Of a DNA stretch of 64,000 bases, positions 14,200 through 27,880 are shown one piece after another. Both the position numbers and the translations under genes were made by a program. Under the pieces are notes generated by a model, which saw only the letters and a program-made list of their open reading frames with translations, was not told where the DNA came from and did not search any database. Position 1 is the stretch's first letter. Each line of letters opens with the position of its first letter. Source of the stretch: Octopus bimaculoides (lineage: Eukaryota); assembly GCF_001194135.2 (NCBI RefSeq), contig NC_068995.1:36638460-36702459 (forward strand), given 5' to 3'.

Positions 14200-15035
14200 A
14201 TGGAAAGTGACTTAGTGGTGGTATGGCACAGTAGATCAAGTCACAAAAGTTAAGAAACAGACTTGGAAAGAATGAAATGAGTTAGAAGTAAGGAACAATA
14301 ATGAAGAGCTATATGAGAAGCAGCAGATATCAGGTAAATGAAGCATGTAGAGCAGTTAGAAGTAAGACATTTACCAGTGTTCTGTGGCATGAGATCAAAG
14401 GGATTTTACGTTCCAGATTGAGGCAAAATGCTGGTGTGAATTAGGAGGGTGTTGGCAAAAAGTGTATAAGGAATGATAGTAAAACATTTACTTTCACTAA
14501 CACCAATAAGTGGCATAGAAATGCTAAGACAAGAGGCTGCTAAATGAAGAGATTGTATGAAGGAGTGAGGGAACAGTTACTAAAGTTGGTAACTATACAG
14601 TCAAAAGGGTCATTAAAGATATGTAGATAGTAGAACTATCAGAGAGAGTCAGTGAGATGCTAAAAATAAGTGACTAAGTAGGAGACATGTTTGTTATTGG
14701 CATAGTCAGTCAAGTGGTACAAGAGAGTGTCTTCTGTAATAATCGGTATAACAGTTTCAATATCAACAACAAAGGAAAAAGGGATGCTGTAAAAAAGGAG
14801 CTATTATAGAGATACCAAATTGATGGGCCAATTTATTAAAGTCACGGAATAAGTTACAGGAGAGCTAATTAGGGAGAGTATTAGCTTAGATGAGATGCAG
14901 TTCATGTTTGTGACAAGAAAGAGTACAGTCAATAATGTACCTTCATTTGAGTAAAGAAACTTAACAGTTCTTAACTGAGCACAAGCTACTGTATTTAACA
15001 TTTGTTGACCCGGAGGTCTTTGGTAAGGTTCTACA
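14200..15035 (+). pseudogene. Degenerate RTE-clade LINE ORF2 fragment (linker to RT N-terminus)
   Basis: Broken translation includes YQIDGP/KLMGQFIKVTE*VTGELIRESISLDEMQFMFV.RKST and ..FVD.E.F.KV, matching the RTE pattern IKL..VMKV.ERV...IR.....EMQFGF.PG.ST...AFVDLEKAFD. Confidence 0.7.
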
Positions 15036-15927
15036 ACCAGTAGTCAGTTACTAAGGAAACCAAGTGTATTTTGATATTTTGTGTGAGCTGTGCAAGCCAG
15101 GTATGTGGGTTGCTATTAGCAAAGTAAAAATTCACATTAAAATTGGGATAGAAATTAGTATGCAAATAAATGGCAATCAGAGCAAGGTTCTCCATTTTCT
15201 CCTGTTTATTATAGTTCTCCAAGTCATAAGAGAGGAATTCAGGACTGGATGCCGATGGAAACTTCTGTATGCCAACCATCTAGTTTTCATAACTGAATAA
15301 TCAAAGAATAAAAGGTTCCCAGAACTTAGAATGCAGAAGTCTAAAAGTAAATCTAGCAAGGATAAACTTCAGAAATACAAAACTGTACTACAATTTGACG
15401 AAGGAGCCATACCAATATGCAAAAATAATAGCAACAACAACAATAAATAAATAAGAATAGATAAAAAGAATAGGTAGGTAATCCATACTCTGTACTTGAT
15501 GTAAACTAGAGGTATATAAGTGATTCAGGTGGATCACAGGCAAGGTAACAGAAAATACTTTGTATGTTGTAGATGCACAGAAGTAGTTGGCAGTAATATC
15601 ATGAACTGAATTCTTTCAAATACCCAGAAAGATCCATATAAGTAGTTAACAGCTTCTTTTACCAGGTGGCCTAATCAACAGTAGTGGCAGGTGTTCTAAA
15701 ATATTCCAAAACTCATCAGATTAAAAATGGAGTGAATAATGCTTAGAGAAATATTACCTCTGCTGGCAATAGAGTTTTTTTCCTCTGGATAAAGAACAGA
15801 TTATAAGATACTTGATGTATGAAATGCATTGTTGCATGATAGCAAAACAAGGGCATTTGATACAGAAGATATAACAAGTATGAAAAGATATGAGGCAAGC
15901 TTATTCTCCTGCATATATAATGTTAGT

Positions 15928-16294
15928 GTGGAGGCACAATGGCCCAGTGGTTAGAGCAGCAGACTCACGGTCATAGGATCGCAGTTTCGATTCCCAGACT
16001 GGGCGTTGTGAGTGTTTATTGAGCGAAAACACCTAAAGCTCCACGAGGCTCCGGCAGGGGATGGTGGCGAACCCTGCTGTACTCTTCCACCACAACTTTC
16101 TCTCATTCTTACTTCCTGTTTCTGTTGTGCCTGTAATTCAAAGGGTCAGCTTTGTCACTGTGTCACGCTGAATATCCCCGAGAACTACGTTAAGGGTACA
16201 CGTGTCTGTGGAGTGCTCAGCCACTTGCACGTTAATTTCATGAGCAGGCTGTTCCGTTGATCGGATCAAATGGAACCCTTGACGGAGTGCCAAC
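15928..16294 (+). mobile_element. tRNA-derived SINE, family A (full length, young)
   Basis: A-box tggcccagtgg, B-box gtttcgattcc. Exact 11-bp TSD ataatgttagt (15917-15927 / 16295-16305). Confidence 0.92.
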
Positions 16295-16319
16295 ATAATG
16301 TTAGTATGTGTGCATGAAT

Positions 16320-16500
16320 GACAAGGTACAAATGAGCTGAGAAAAACAGTATATAAGAAAAATTAACTGTAGTGTGTAAGAGAGGAAATTGCACTCTTAC
16401 AGGCATGTCACAAGTATGGTGACTGACAGTTGGACAAGGAAGAGGTAAGAAACAAATGGAAGAAATCAGCAGAAGAGGAAGATATGGGAAAAGTTGTGAG
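16320..16500 (+). pseudogene. RTE LINE 3' relic
   Basis: Resembles the ..TNELR.KLGIR.I.C.VQERR.HWYGHV.. C-terminal RTE motif, with frameshifts. Confidence 0.45.
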
Positions 16501-17059
16501 AGACTAATTTTAGGATATCAAAGTTCACAAGTAGATAGAGACTACAATCAGTGATGAGACACTGCCTGAAAGGAAAGGATGTCCAACTCATGCAAGAACT
16601 AAAAAAAATTGATGTATACTTGCATGGATGAGATTGTTTAACTGTTAGATGATGATATCTTTTCTACTGCATCTTCTGCTTACAACTCAACCATATGGGA
16701 GTGAAGGCTTCAGTGGAACAAAAAAAAAAAAGAGACCGAGAAAACTAGTAATGGTCTTTTTCTACTACAACAATTACATCAATCCTTGTTTTTTACAGGT
16801 GTTTGTTAAAAAAAAAACACTTAAATGAATCAAAGATAAATGAATAATAAAACATGAGAAAAAAAAAGGTTTCTTTCAGAGACCTGAAGTTGTTTGAGCA
16901 TTGTGGATGGTTGCTGAGGCAACCATCTTTGATTGACCACCAGCTTGTGTTATCAAAGATCAATTTGCAATAAGCATGGCATAGTTCACAATTGAGCATA
17001 CTGTGTTATCTGGATCAGAGATAAATGAACCAGTAATAAATGAGGCTAGATGTATAAAA

Positions 17060-17545
17060 TATCAGGCTGAGTAAAAAAAGTAAGCAACGTTTTGAGACAT
17101 GAAATTCATCACAATATATTTCAACAATGCGGAAATTTTATTCATCAAAGTAAGTTCCATTACAATCAACACATTTTTGCCAATGAGTTATGAGTTTGTT
17201 TATTCCGGTAACATAAAAATCTGGAGTTCTGGAGCTCATGAATTCTTTGAATATACTTTCAGGATCGGTTTGATTTTTGAACTCCTTCTCTTGCAGGAAA
17301 CCATCAACGTGCTTGAAAAAGTGATAGTCAGTAGGAGAAAGGTCTGGGGAGTGAAGGCTTCAGTAGAACTTGTAACAACAGTGAAAAAAATATCAATGTT
17401 AATTTATTGATGCATTTGGGCAAGTCTATGTTTGTATTATCAGACAACTGCAAACAAATGCTAAAAAAAAATTCAAAACTCTGCAAAAATCTGGTACAAA
17501 TTCTTCATGGTTCAAAACGTTGCTTACTTTTTACTCAACCTGATA
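17060..17545 (-). mobile_element. Internally deleted mariner (cecropia/Hsmar1-like)
   Basis: ~40-bp TIRs ta-tcaggctgagtaaaaaagtaagcaacgttttga / tcaaaacgttgcttactttttactcaacctga-ta. The minus strand encodes SPDLSPTDYHFFKHVDGFLQEKEFKN...FYVTGINKLITHWQKCVDCNGTYFDE*. Confidence 0.9.
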
Positions 17546-18137
17546 TATAAAACAGAAGTCTGTGTGTCATGAGCAGAAGTAAGTTCCAATGTTTCCAAAA
17601 GGTTCTTTCTTCAAAAGAAATTAGTGCATAGGAAAGATGTCAACAAAATAGAGGAATTCTATTCACATCCTTCAGATTCATTCAAACTTATTAAAAAATA
17701 GACTTACAAATAAATAAATACATTCAATTGAATAACTCTGCTCAATTCCATTCAATGACAAATATAAATAGCAAAAGGACAACTCAAAGAAAATAAGAAG
17801 CAAAAAAAAAAAAAAAAGAAGAAAAACTTCTGCAAAGATAATGTTCAACACTGATTACCTTGTTCTCTGGTTAAGCAGCATTTTACATTAATACATCTTT
17901 CATATATTGTAACATAAACAGGTCTTCAATGGAAAATGTCTTACTTCACAGACAAGAAATCTCTAAACAGAAAATCCATACCACATGATACTTTATGCAG
18001 GTGGTGAAACAATACTCACTGCACTAACTAAAACTAGCACTTAGCCATCAATTGTACATCAGCAGCTCGCAATGACTGTTTTCCCCTCTCTCTCTCATTT
18101 GTGCATTCTCTCTCTCTCTTGCACTTGTGCACTCACT

Positions 18138-18168
<31 letters not shown>

Positions 18169-18732
18169 GTTACTAAACAATATCAACTTTATTCTAGTCT
18201 AATACTTAGTCCACCATAGAACAAAACTGACCTCTTTAATAACCAATATAAGTGAGATGAAAGTTCCACTGAAGTTTTGAGTATTGTTATTCACATAATA
18301 TAATGAGATAGACATGTGATAGAGAGGGGGGGAGGAGAGAAGTTCCTTAACACTACAAAAGCGAGAATGAATTTTATGGCTTTACAGGACACTTTAACAT
18401 TTTTACTTTCTTCACATGAAACTCAGATTTCAGGCCTAAGCAAGAGATACACTTATAGCCTAGTAACTCTTCTAACATGTGTTTCTGTGCATGTGTGTGT
18501 TTGTGCCTAAGCATGTGTATGAGTGTGTGGTTGAGTTCAAGTTAAGGGAAAATACTTAAGTGTTATGCAGGTTAAATAAACCTACATTAAAATCTCACGT
18601 ATGTAATACCCTGAGTTGAAAAACTTACATTAAATGAGACATTCCTTGCAATTAGTAAAGAAAAACTCCCTCCAGGAGTATTTGAAATCTAGAAACAAGC
18701 ATCAAGGGAGATAGCCTGAATAATAGCAGGTA

Positions 18733-18960
18733 CAGGCATGGCTGTGTGGTTAAGTGGTTTGCTTCCCAACTACATTGTTTCAGGTTCAGTTCTATTATGT
18801 GACACCTTGGCCAAATGTCTTCTATTACAGCCCTAGGCCAACCAAAACCTTGTGAGCGGATTTGGTAGATGGAAACTGAAAGAAGCCCATTGTGTGTGCA
18901 TGCATATGTATGTGTGTGTGTCTCCTAGCCTTGACATGATATGATTGATATAAATGAATG
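18733..18960 (+). mobile_element. SINE family B
   Basis: caggcatggctgtgtggttaag...gatttggtagatggaaactgaaagaagccc. Confidence 0.8.
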
Positions 18961-21044
18961 TCATTCATTTTCAATATGTTTCAAATACATATCTGGCCAT
19001 GGGGAAATATTACTTTGCTTGGAAACAGATAAGAGCTTGTGACACGAAGGGCATCTATTCATAGAAAATTTACCTCAGTAAACTCCATGCAATATGTGCA
19101 AGCATGGAAAAATAAGCAATCACATCATTGAAATGTTGAAGCTAAAGCATGATTAACTCAAAAATAGGGGAATAAATAAGCATTACATTTGACAGAATAA
19201 TCTGAATGTTAAAGGGTTAAATCTAAATATATAATATGCTAATTAGAATCTATAGGAAAATAGCTTCTCTAAGAAATACAGCAATTTAAAAGACGTGCTT
19301 TGTAAACTTAATGTATTTTCAGCCTGAAGTAGACCAAGGTCTTTTTTTTTTTGTTGTATTCCCCTACCCTATCAGCACACAAGTTATAATGTTTTTAGTA
19401 GGGAGGTACTGTGTTGAATCAACAATATACACTATTGGTAGTTATTTTTAATCACCCTGAGGAACAAATGGCAAGTCACAATTAATAGGACATGCATTCA
19501 GATCACACCAGCAAACTGGTTTCAATAAGTGTACAGTTTTATGTCATTGTGTCAACCATTTCACAACACCCTTGAAGCTGTGAATATCAAATAAAATATA
19601 ATACAAATTTTCATAAATTATTATTATTATTGTCTTTATCTGACCAAAAACAGAGAAGTTATTGCTCTTCTCACTAAAATAATGGCTTTATTCAAACTCA
19701 CACACCTACACAATCATATACATATACCAACACACACACACATCATTAAATTTTACTGAATAAATCTTTTGTGAACTACAAGCTGGTGAAGGACAACATT
19801 GTTCATGTTACAAATTGAGTTATTGATTTTTATAACCAATATAATGAAGCACGATAGTTTCACTTTAGGTAAAAAAAATAAAAATAAAAACATACATAGA
19901 TAAACAATGCTATATAAATTTTACTTTCACAAGTTTAAGTTTTATTTGGATTAATTCACCATGCAAATTTATAATATGTGCCAGTTCTACATGAATAGAA
20001 GCACAAATATAGAAAAAAACTAAGACAAAATAAAATCAGTGACAGTGAATATGTCTAAAAGTGCAGTAACCAGAATTCTGTCATTTGTTCATATAAATGA
20101 GTATATAAGCAAATAACAAAAACGTGACAAATTACTTTGGCACCAATTCAAACTACCCTCTATACAACAAAGATTCTATTTACAATGTAAAAAAAAAAAA
20201 AAAAAACATTGCTTTTTGTTTAAGATAATGCTATAGAAGAAGTGAAGGCCATGTTGTTCTCTTTTAAGAAACAATAAGAAGAGGTAGACACCCTTTCATT
20301 CACTTGCATTTCTTGGAATTCTTCAGAAGATATCTCTGAAAGGGATCCATATAGGCATATATGACAAACCAACAATAGATCTATGTGATTACTCAACCTG
20401 CTTAAAGCAGTAGCCAACTCTCTTTAAAAAGGAAGGACAAAGACAATGCAGTCCATGCATGCATATATGTATGCACAGAAGGTGGGGTGCATACACATAC
20501 AGCACAATAGATATAGGCATGGCTGTGTAGTTAAGAAACTCACTTTGCAACCACATGGTTTTGGGTTCAGTCTCTCAGCATGGCACCTTGGTAAGTTGTC
20601 TTCTACTATAGCCCCAGAATGACCAATGTCTTGTTGATGGAATCCAACAGATAGAAAGTGCAGAAAGCCTATCAAGTGTGTGTGTGTGTGTGTTATGTTT
20701 ATGCAGGTATATTTTTATCTTTTACTTGATTCAGTCAGTAGACTGAGGCCATGCTTGTAAATATGTGTGTGAGTGAGCATGTGTGTATGCATGCACACAA
20801 CATGCAAATGTGTGTCAATGTTTACATTGTTTACTTATGTGAAGTGGTGCTGATGTTGACTTTATGACCAATAGAGCTATGATCTTGAAGAACTGTGAAA
20901 TAAAGATATCCCTTACTTGAAAACAGATAAGGTTTGGTGACAGGAAGAGCATCCAATTGTAAAATCCTGCCTCAAATTTACTCCTATCCAAGTTCATGCT
21001 AGCATGGAAAGAACAGGCATTAAAAGATCAATTAAATACATATA

Positions 21045-21418
21045 GGCGTAGGAGTGGCTGTGTGGTAAGTAGCTTGCTTACGAACCACATGGTTCCGGGT
21101 TCAGTCCCACTGCGTGGCACCTTGGGCAAGTGTCTTCCACTATAGCCTCGGGCCGACAAAAGCCTTGTGAGTGGATTTGGTAGACGGAAACTGAAAGAAG
21201 CCCGTCATACATATGTATATATATATATATGTGTGTGTTTGTCTCCCCACCATCGCTTGACAACTGATGCTGGTTTGTTTATGTCCCCATAACTTAGCGT
21301 TTCGGTAAAATGAAACCGATAGAATAAGTACTAGGCTTACAAAGAATAAGTCCTGGGGTCGATTTGCTTGAGTGGTGCTCCAGCATGGCCGCAGTCAAAT
21401 GACAAATAAATAAAAGAG
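21045..21418 (+). mobile_element. tRNA-derived SINE family B (best-preserved copy; CORE-like central block)
   Basis: A-box tggctgtgtgg, B-box gggttcagtccc, then accttgggcaagtgtctt (CORE-like), an internal (TA/TG)n and the ccagcatggccgcagtcaaatgac tail. Confidence 0.9.
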
Positions 21419-21419
21419 C

Positions 21420-21520
21420 AAATCGACCTCAGGACTTATTCTTTGTAAGCTTAGTACTTATTCTATCGGTCTCTTTTTACTGAACTGCTGAGTTACGGTG
21501 ATGTAAACACACCAGTATCA
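21420..21520 (-). mobile_element. SINE family B 3' fragment, inverted next to the full copy
   Basis: Reverse complement of ~21260-21363. Confidence 0.8.
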
Positions 21521-21640
21521 TATATACACACACACACAAACACATACATGAATAATTAATCAGGGATAGTCCTAGCTGCAATACCTTTGATTATACATCT
21601 GCTTAATCATGGCTGACCTCACTGAAGTTAAGTAACAACA

Positions 21641-21667
<27 letters not shown>

Positions 21668-21671
<4 letters not shown>

Positions 21672-21790
21672 ATCATAAATATATAGGGATCAGCATGAGT
21701 TGCTTCACCAACATACTGAAAATTTAGAAATAGCAGTCAAAGAACTACTGATTCCAAACTACAAATTTTTTCTCTAACGGATGGCGATAT
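21668..21790. repeat. Single-arm copy of the repeat that forms the 25033-25228 palindrome
   Basis: tataatcataaatatatagggat...attccaaactacaaattttttctctaacggatggcgatat, flanked by (TA)n. Confidence 0.85.
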
Positions 21791-21791
21791 A

Positions 21792-21836
<45 letters not shown>

Positions 21837-23478
21837 GCACATTTTTGTGCATCTGCATGCAGACATTATGCAGAGAACTGTATAGGCATGCATACTTACA
21901 TTTCAGTGTGGACTCCCACATGTATGAACACTTTAACCTATGAATGCATAGCATCCAGAAAAATGGAAGCAGGAAGAATTACTATTGCTTGTTAAGTAAA
22001 CTATTGAGCTGATTTTGGTATAGTCTGCCTCTAAACTAGTGCTCTGTGAGTAAGTAGGTGCTGCATATAAATAAACTAACTATAGACATGTATGAAACAA
22101 GTAATAGTTTTTTTTTTGTTTTCCTGCGTCCATTTTTCTGGATGCTATGCATTAATAGGTTAAACAAAATTGAAAAATCCATGACACAATCAGATTTTAA
22201 TCACATTCCACTCCTAGGTATTTACATTAGAATAAATGATGTATCGCAATAAAAAGAGGGGGGGAAAAAAACTAATTTACTGCTTGTATTTTGACCAGCT
22301 ACTGTCCTAAATGCAATAAACTACTTGAAATATAAACAACTGTCTACATAAAAATACTAGATATATGAATCACTGAACAAAGGAAAATAAACAGACACAA
22401 ATAGTATTGAATTTAATACTACCAAATAACATATCAAATAACAAGCAAATTTAAATTTCAAAAGCTTTTACTCATAGCTTAGTTTAGAAACAATTGCATC
22501 TTTTGACCAGTTTGATAACAAGATTTTATTTACACTCATTAGGAGAATCTTCATACTACTCACATTATGATCAATATTTAAAGTTTGAGTTTATCTGAAA
22601 TTGAGGTCAAAATATGATTGATTTTACACTCACTATTTATTTCTTATTCTGCAAGTTCTTATCTTAAAAGATTTTAGTGAAGTGTTTCTTGTGCACTTTT
22701 TTTTCACTTCTACAACCTAGCAGAAATTTCCTAGTTTAGCTTAAAGAATACACAAACATGAATTTACTTATCAAGCTCTGATCTGCTGGTAAAAAAAAAG
22801 TTCACTGAAGTACATAATTTGTAGAAAGGTAGGCAAAGAGAGAAGCATAGATAAGTGTGAGTGTCTGGTTAAAAGATATACAAAAACTGCTTGGATAAAA
22901 ATTCACTATTTTTTGAGAAGTAAATAAATAGATTATTGCCCCAACTATCAAGACTTCTTACAAAGAGCTAAAAACAAACACATTTATGGCACCTACAAGA
23001 GCGATCTATTTTGAATATAATCTCTTCAGCTTAAATATAACCATTTCATCATAAATATTAATCTTATTGATTAACAGAAATACTTCCAAAACCATTTTGA
23101 AATAGCAAAGGTGATATTAAAAGATACATATATTAATCTGAAATATTTCTATTAAACCTGTAAATCTATCTGCTGGTTTGAAGTAAATTTCAAGTGTACA
23201 GCTGGTAAAAGCACTACACAGCCACTACTGTGGTTTCTAACAACTATTGAAAGATCTCACTGTTGCCCAACAAAAGAAATCGAACAAAAATCAATAAGAG
23301 AGCATTATTATTAAACCAACTTTCGTGAGAGCATAAATATTTCTCTTAAATTTGCTTTTACTTTTTTACCAGGTGTTAAATGTTTGAACAAAGCAAAAAG
23401 ATAGACACGTTAACTAACAATGGTTGTTTTAACAAGACTTACTGTGAAGCTTTGCTGTCAAAATTTATTCACATTATA

Positions 23479-23696
23479 TCAACTCTTTGGCATTTAAACC
23501 AGCCATATCCAATTCAAATATATATGTTCAAACTGACCAGATCAGCCTCTCACACATACTCTACAATGTTATTTTAAAAATAAACAGTCACATCATCAAA
23601 ATCTCAAAGCTACAAGGTAATGCATGATTAATTCAAAACAATGTGAAGAAATAAGCATTACATTTGACAGAGTAATCTGCATGTTAAAGTGTTCAA
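23479..23696 (-). mobile_element. piggyBac-type MITE family 1
   Basis: Reverse orientation of the 11310 copy. Confidence 0.7.
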
Positions 23697-24304
23697 TAAC
23701 ATCTTGATCAAATAACAGAATAGAGCCAAAAAAGGCTACTGATCCAAGTATTAGATTGGATTGCCTATGTTCATTCCACTACAGGATGAAGGCCTCAGCA
23801 TGTTCTCTCCAGCAACCACTGTGTTATGCAGAAACCATAAAACTGAGCTTCAGGCCATACTTGTTTGACGAGCCTACTCTGCTCTGTTACACTGGCTCGA
23901 CATGGTTTGGCAATAGGGTGCAATTTTTATACTCTTACCCAGGAATAATTAAGTCAATTACAATTGACCCCAGTACTTCAAGTATAAAACAGAAAATATA
24001 AAGAATCAGAAAATAAGCTAATAAATCACATTTCATAGAGAGAGTTAGTTTAACTGTGATTTTAAGCAGTTCTGGATACTTAAAATACCATAAAACCTAA
24101 GTACTAATTTATAAATGATAATATTCAAAACACTTATTTGCTATTTAGCAATTGGCAAAAAGATATTGAAACCTTACAGATTTTAAAAATGAAAGAAAAT
24201 AGTTGGGAATATTTAAAATAGCACTAGATTCTTAGGAAATTTTGTAAAACATGCCATGTGTGGAATACAGTTTTTAATTATTTCTCATGATAATTATCAT
24301 ACAA

Positions 24305-24650
24305 ATTTAGTCACAGTCAGGTCTGTATGGTTGAGAAGCTAACTTTGCTATAACATGGTTTCAGGTTCAATCCCACCATGTAGCACTTTGGTTAATGGTT
24401 TTCTACTATAAGCCAGCTGACCAATGACTTGAGTGAATTTGGCAGCTGAAAACTGTGTGGAAGCCCATCATACATGTATGAGTGTGTGTGTGTCTTTGTG
24501 TTTGTCCCTCCACCACTTGACAACCTGTGTTGGTTTGTTTATGTTCCCCCATAACTTAGCAGTTTAGCTTAAGAGAGTGATAAAATACCAGACTTTTAAG
24601 TACTGAGATAAAAATGTTTGACTAAACTCTTCAAATTGGAATAATGGTCC
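24305..24650 (+). mobile_element. SINE family B, diverged
   Basis: Head, CORE-like block and taacttagcagtt tail are recognisable. Confidence 0.7.
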
Positions 24651-25032
24651 CACTGATGTTATAGACACGCCTCATATGGCAATTAGAGACAAAGTGAGAT
24701 ATTAATTAAGAAAGTTAATGTTTAATTTAAGTTTTGCAGGTTAGGACAGCTTTCTTTCTAAAGGTCCTTTCCTAAATGGTCAAAATGAAGTTCCCAGAAA
24801 GTCTAAAACAGATCATTAGTAATTTAAGTAAAGAGACAGAGTTCAGTACATAGTATACAAAACCAATTCAAAATACAGGTGGTTTTATAACAATAGAGAC
24901 AGTGAGAAGAGAATTTGGTCTAGCTAGACATACAAATATATCTGCAAACGTTTCTTATGATTCACTGAACTTGCCATTAAAGTACAGGAAATTAATGAGA
25001 GCCACTTAATGCAAAATATATATATATATGTA

Positions 25033-25228
25033 TATAATCATAAATATACAGGGATTAGCATGGGTTGCTTCTCCAACATACTGAGAATTTAGAAATAGCA
25101 GTCGAAGAACTACTGATTCCAAACTACAAATTTGTAGTTTGGAATCAGTAGTTCTTTGACTGCTATTTCTAAATTCTCAGTATGTTGGAGAAGTAACTCA
25201 TGCTAATCCCTGTATATTTATGATTATA
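25033..25228. repeat. 196-bp near-perfect palindrome (98-bp arms, no loop)
   Basis: Centre ...ctacaaa|tttgtag... at 25130/25131; three mismatches counted by eye. Confidence 0.95.
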
Positions 25229-25764
25229 AATGGTTTTACCGATAAAGGTTTTTTCATACTGAACTACTTGGCAAAATTGTTAATTATTAATTTTATTACT
25301 AATTGACGATTCCCTGCCCTATATCTATATCTATATCTATATATATATATTTTTCAAAAAATGTGTTTTATGTTTCAATTCAAAATTCAGGCTTGTTAAA
25401 ACCAATTGATACATTTGTGAAGGCACATTGCCTAGTGATTAGAGTGTTACACTTGAAACCTTGATTTCATGATTATGGTTTCATTTCCTGGACTGGATGG
25501 TGCATTGCGTTCTTAAGCAAAACATTATCTCATGTTGTTTTGTGATTATTTCAACATCTGGCATGTGGCACAGTATGCACCTATACAGGCAATGTCAATT
25601 TGATGGAGAGAATGATCTCATGTACAGCACAAACACTTTATCACTACAAGCAAACCACTTGTGCAGTTTGTTCAGCAAGAAATTGTAGAATTGTCTTTCA
25701 CAGACTCAAGCATCTACCAACAATATATCCAGTAATCATACTTTCCTCTATATTCCTAAACAGC

Positions 25765-26110
25765 TCTCATCATCATCATCATCATTTAATTTCCATTTTC
25801 CATGCTAGCATAGGTTAGATGGTTTGATTGAAACTGGTATGCCAGAGAGCTGCACCATGGTCCAGGTTGGTTTTGGCTTGGTTTCTATGGCTTTGTAATG
25901 CCAACCACTCCAAAGAGTGTACCGGATGCTTTTAACATGTCACTGGCATGGGGGCCTTTGACATGTTGCCAGCATGGGTGTCTTTAACATGTTACTAGCA
26001 TAGGTGCCCTTAATTTGTCACTGGCACAGGTGTCCTTAATGTGTCACTGGCACTGACCCCATCTGTTATTCCACTAAGTTTGACATGTCTTCTCAAGCAC
26101 AGCAAATCAC
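25765..26110 (-). mobile_element. Family E (GAT)n-tailed retroposon end
   Basis: (cat)n-ttaatttccattttccatgctagcataggttagatgg. Confidence 0.65.
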
Positions 26111-26739
26111 CAACAGTCTGTGCCATTTTATTGCCTCCACGAGACTTGACATCCGAAGATCATATTTCACTGCTTCACTTTTGACAATATTATTTACATA
26201 TTTTAAAGAGTTTATTTAAACAAAGAGCAATAATTATCAAAACTATATCTGACATTTCAGCAACTCAAGCTTGTTTATCATTTGATAAAATAAAATAAGG
26301 AAAAAAGAAATTAATAATCATCTCATCTTAAAGATAACTAATTGTTAAGTAAAAGGTCAGACTTTTATACATTGAACAAAACAGCAACTACAATAGCTGT
26401 GGATAATTTACTAACAAATCAACTGATTAGATTAGCTAATTAGTTGTCTGACTTTCATTGGCTATACAACTGCTAAACATTAACAGATTTCTTGGTAAGG
26501 AAAAACAAAATCTATAAGTCAAATATTTATTACCTGTGATAGAAGTGAGAAAAAAATAAAATGAAAATACTGGATATTGTATTTGGAGTAAATTTGAATA
26601 ACAGATGAATCATATGCTTTGTATATTTGTAACCAACCAAACTTTTCTACATCAAAACAGTTTTAAATGTTTCTGTGATCAGAGAAATTAAGACTACAAC
26701 TGTTGATGTACCCAACCAAATTTTACTTCCTAGCTATTT

Positions 26740-27050
26740 ATTCTATCTATCCAGTTGGGTAACTTGCTCAAACAAGATGTCCTGATCTTCCATTGCAGTC
26801 ATCATATCCAGCATCTCCACAGGTTGATCGATATATGCTCTTCTTGGTCTGCCAATATCTGTATGTCCATGCATAGGTTTCCAGAGAAAGAGATCACTGG
26901 ACATTTTATCCTTGTTTCTCCAGCAGCATCCTGCAAATAATGTGTTGGTTTTTCTCTGATTACCAAGATGATTGTAGGAAGACTGCCATTCAGTCACTCA
27001 CTGCTTTGTAAGATGTTGCGTGTTTTCAAGTCTTTTTTAGTTCCCAATAA
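26740..27050 (-). pseudogene. RTE-clade LINE 3' fragment
   Basis: ORF 26743-26997 reads FAGCCWRNKDKMSSDLFLWKPMHGHTDIGRPRRAYIDQ, the typical RTE C-terminal AGH.WR....W.P.HG....GRP...YIDQL motif. Confidence 0.75.
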
Positions 27051-27067
27051 GTACAATTTATATCCAT

Positions 27068-27398
27068 CATTAGAGTGGTTGGCATTAGGAAGGGCATCCA
27101 GCTGGAGAAACTCTGCCAAATCAGATTGGAGCCTGGTGTAGCCATCTGGTTTCACCAGTCCTCAGTCAAATCGTCCAACCCATGCTAGAATGGAAAGCGG
27201 ACGTTAGACGACGACGATGATGATATATATATAAGACAGGCTTCTTTCAGTTTCTATCTACCAAATCCATTCACAAGGCTTTGGTCGGCCTGGGGATATA
27301 GTAGACACCTGCCCAAGGTGCCACACAGTGGGACTGAACCAGGAACCAGGTGGTTGGGAAGCAAACTTCTTACCACACAGCCACATCTGTGCCTGTAT
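27068..27398. mobile_element. Family E end (+, 27068-27225) abutting SINE B head (-, 27232-27398)
   Basis: Both consensus motifs are recognisable. Confidence 0.75.
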
Positions 27399-27778
27399 GG
27401 TTATTTTTTTTTTACTTCTTTGTTGTTTTAAAATGCTTCTTTGCAAATATCACAACTGGCCACAAAAAAATTTTCAACAAGCATTTTATATGTATCAGAT
27501 ATAAAGTTGTACTATGACATAACCAGCTCATGTAGAAAAGATTGTTATTCATAAGATGACCTTAATATTATATGCCTGGAATCAGAACAATAATAATTGT
27601 ATAGCTGATTATATTTCCAGTGAATAAATAGAAAAAAACAAAATAATAAAAATCAAGCAATAGAATAAAAATTATGTCTATTCAACAGGTTTAACAAGTA
27701 TTTTGTAAAAACAAAATTTACAGCCCAAAAGTACATTGAAAAAGAAACCAGATAGCACTTAGCATGAACTTATAAAAT

Positions 27779-27780
<2 letters not shown>

Positions 27781-27852
<72 letters not shown>

Positions 27853-27880
27853 GCGTGCGCACGTGCATGTGTGTGTGTGC
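27781..27880. repeat. (GT)n microsatellite
   Basis: Direct reading. Confidence 0.95.

Noticed and set aside
15928-16010. tRNA-like heads (also in SINE families B and D)
   Set aside because: They have A/B boxes but no complete cloverleaf and continue into SINE bodies with TSDs; not tRNA genes.
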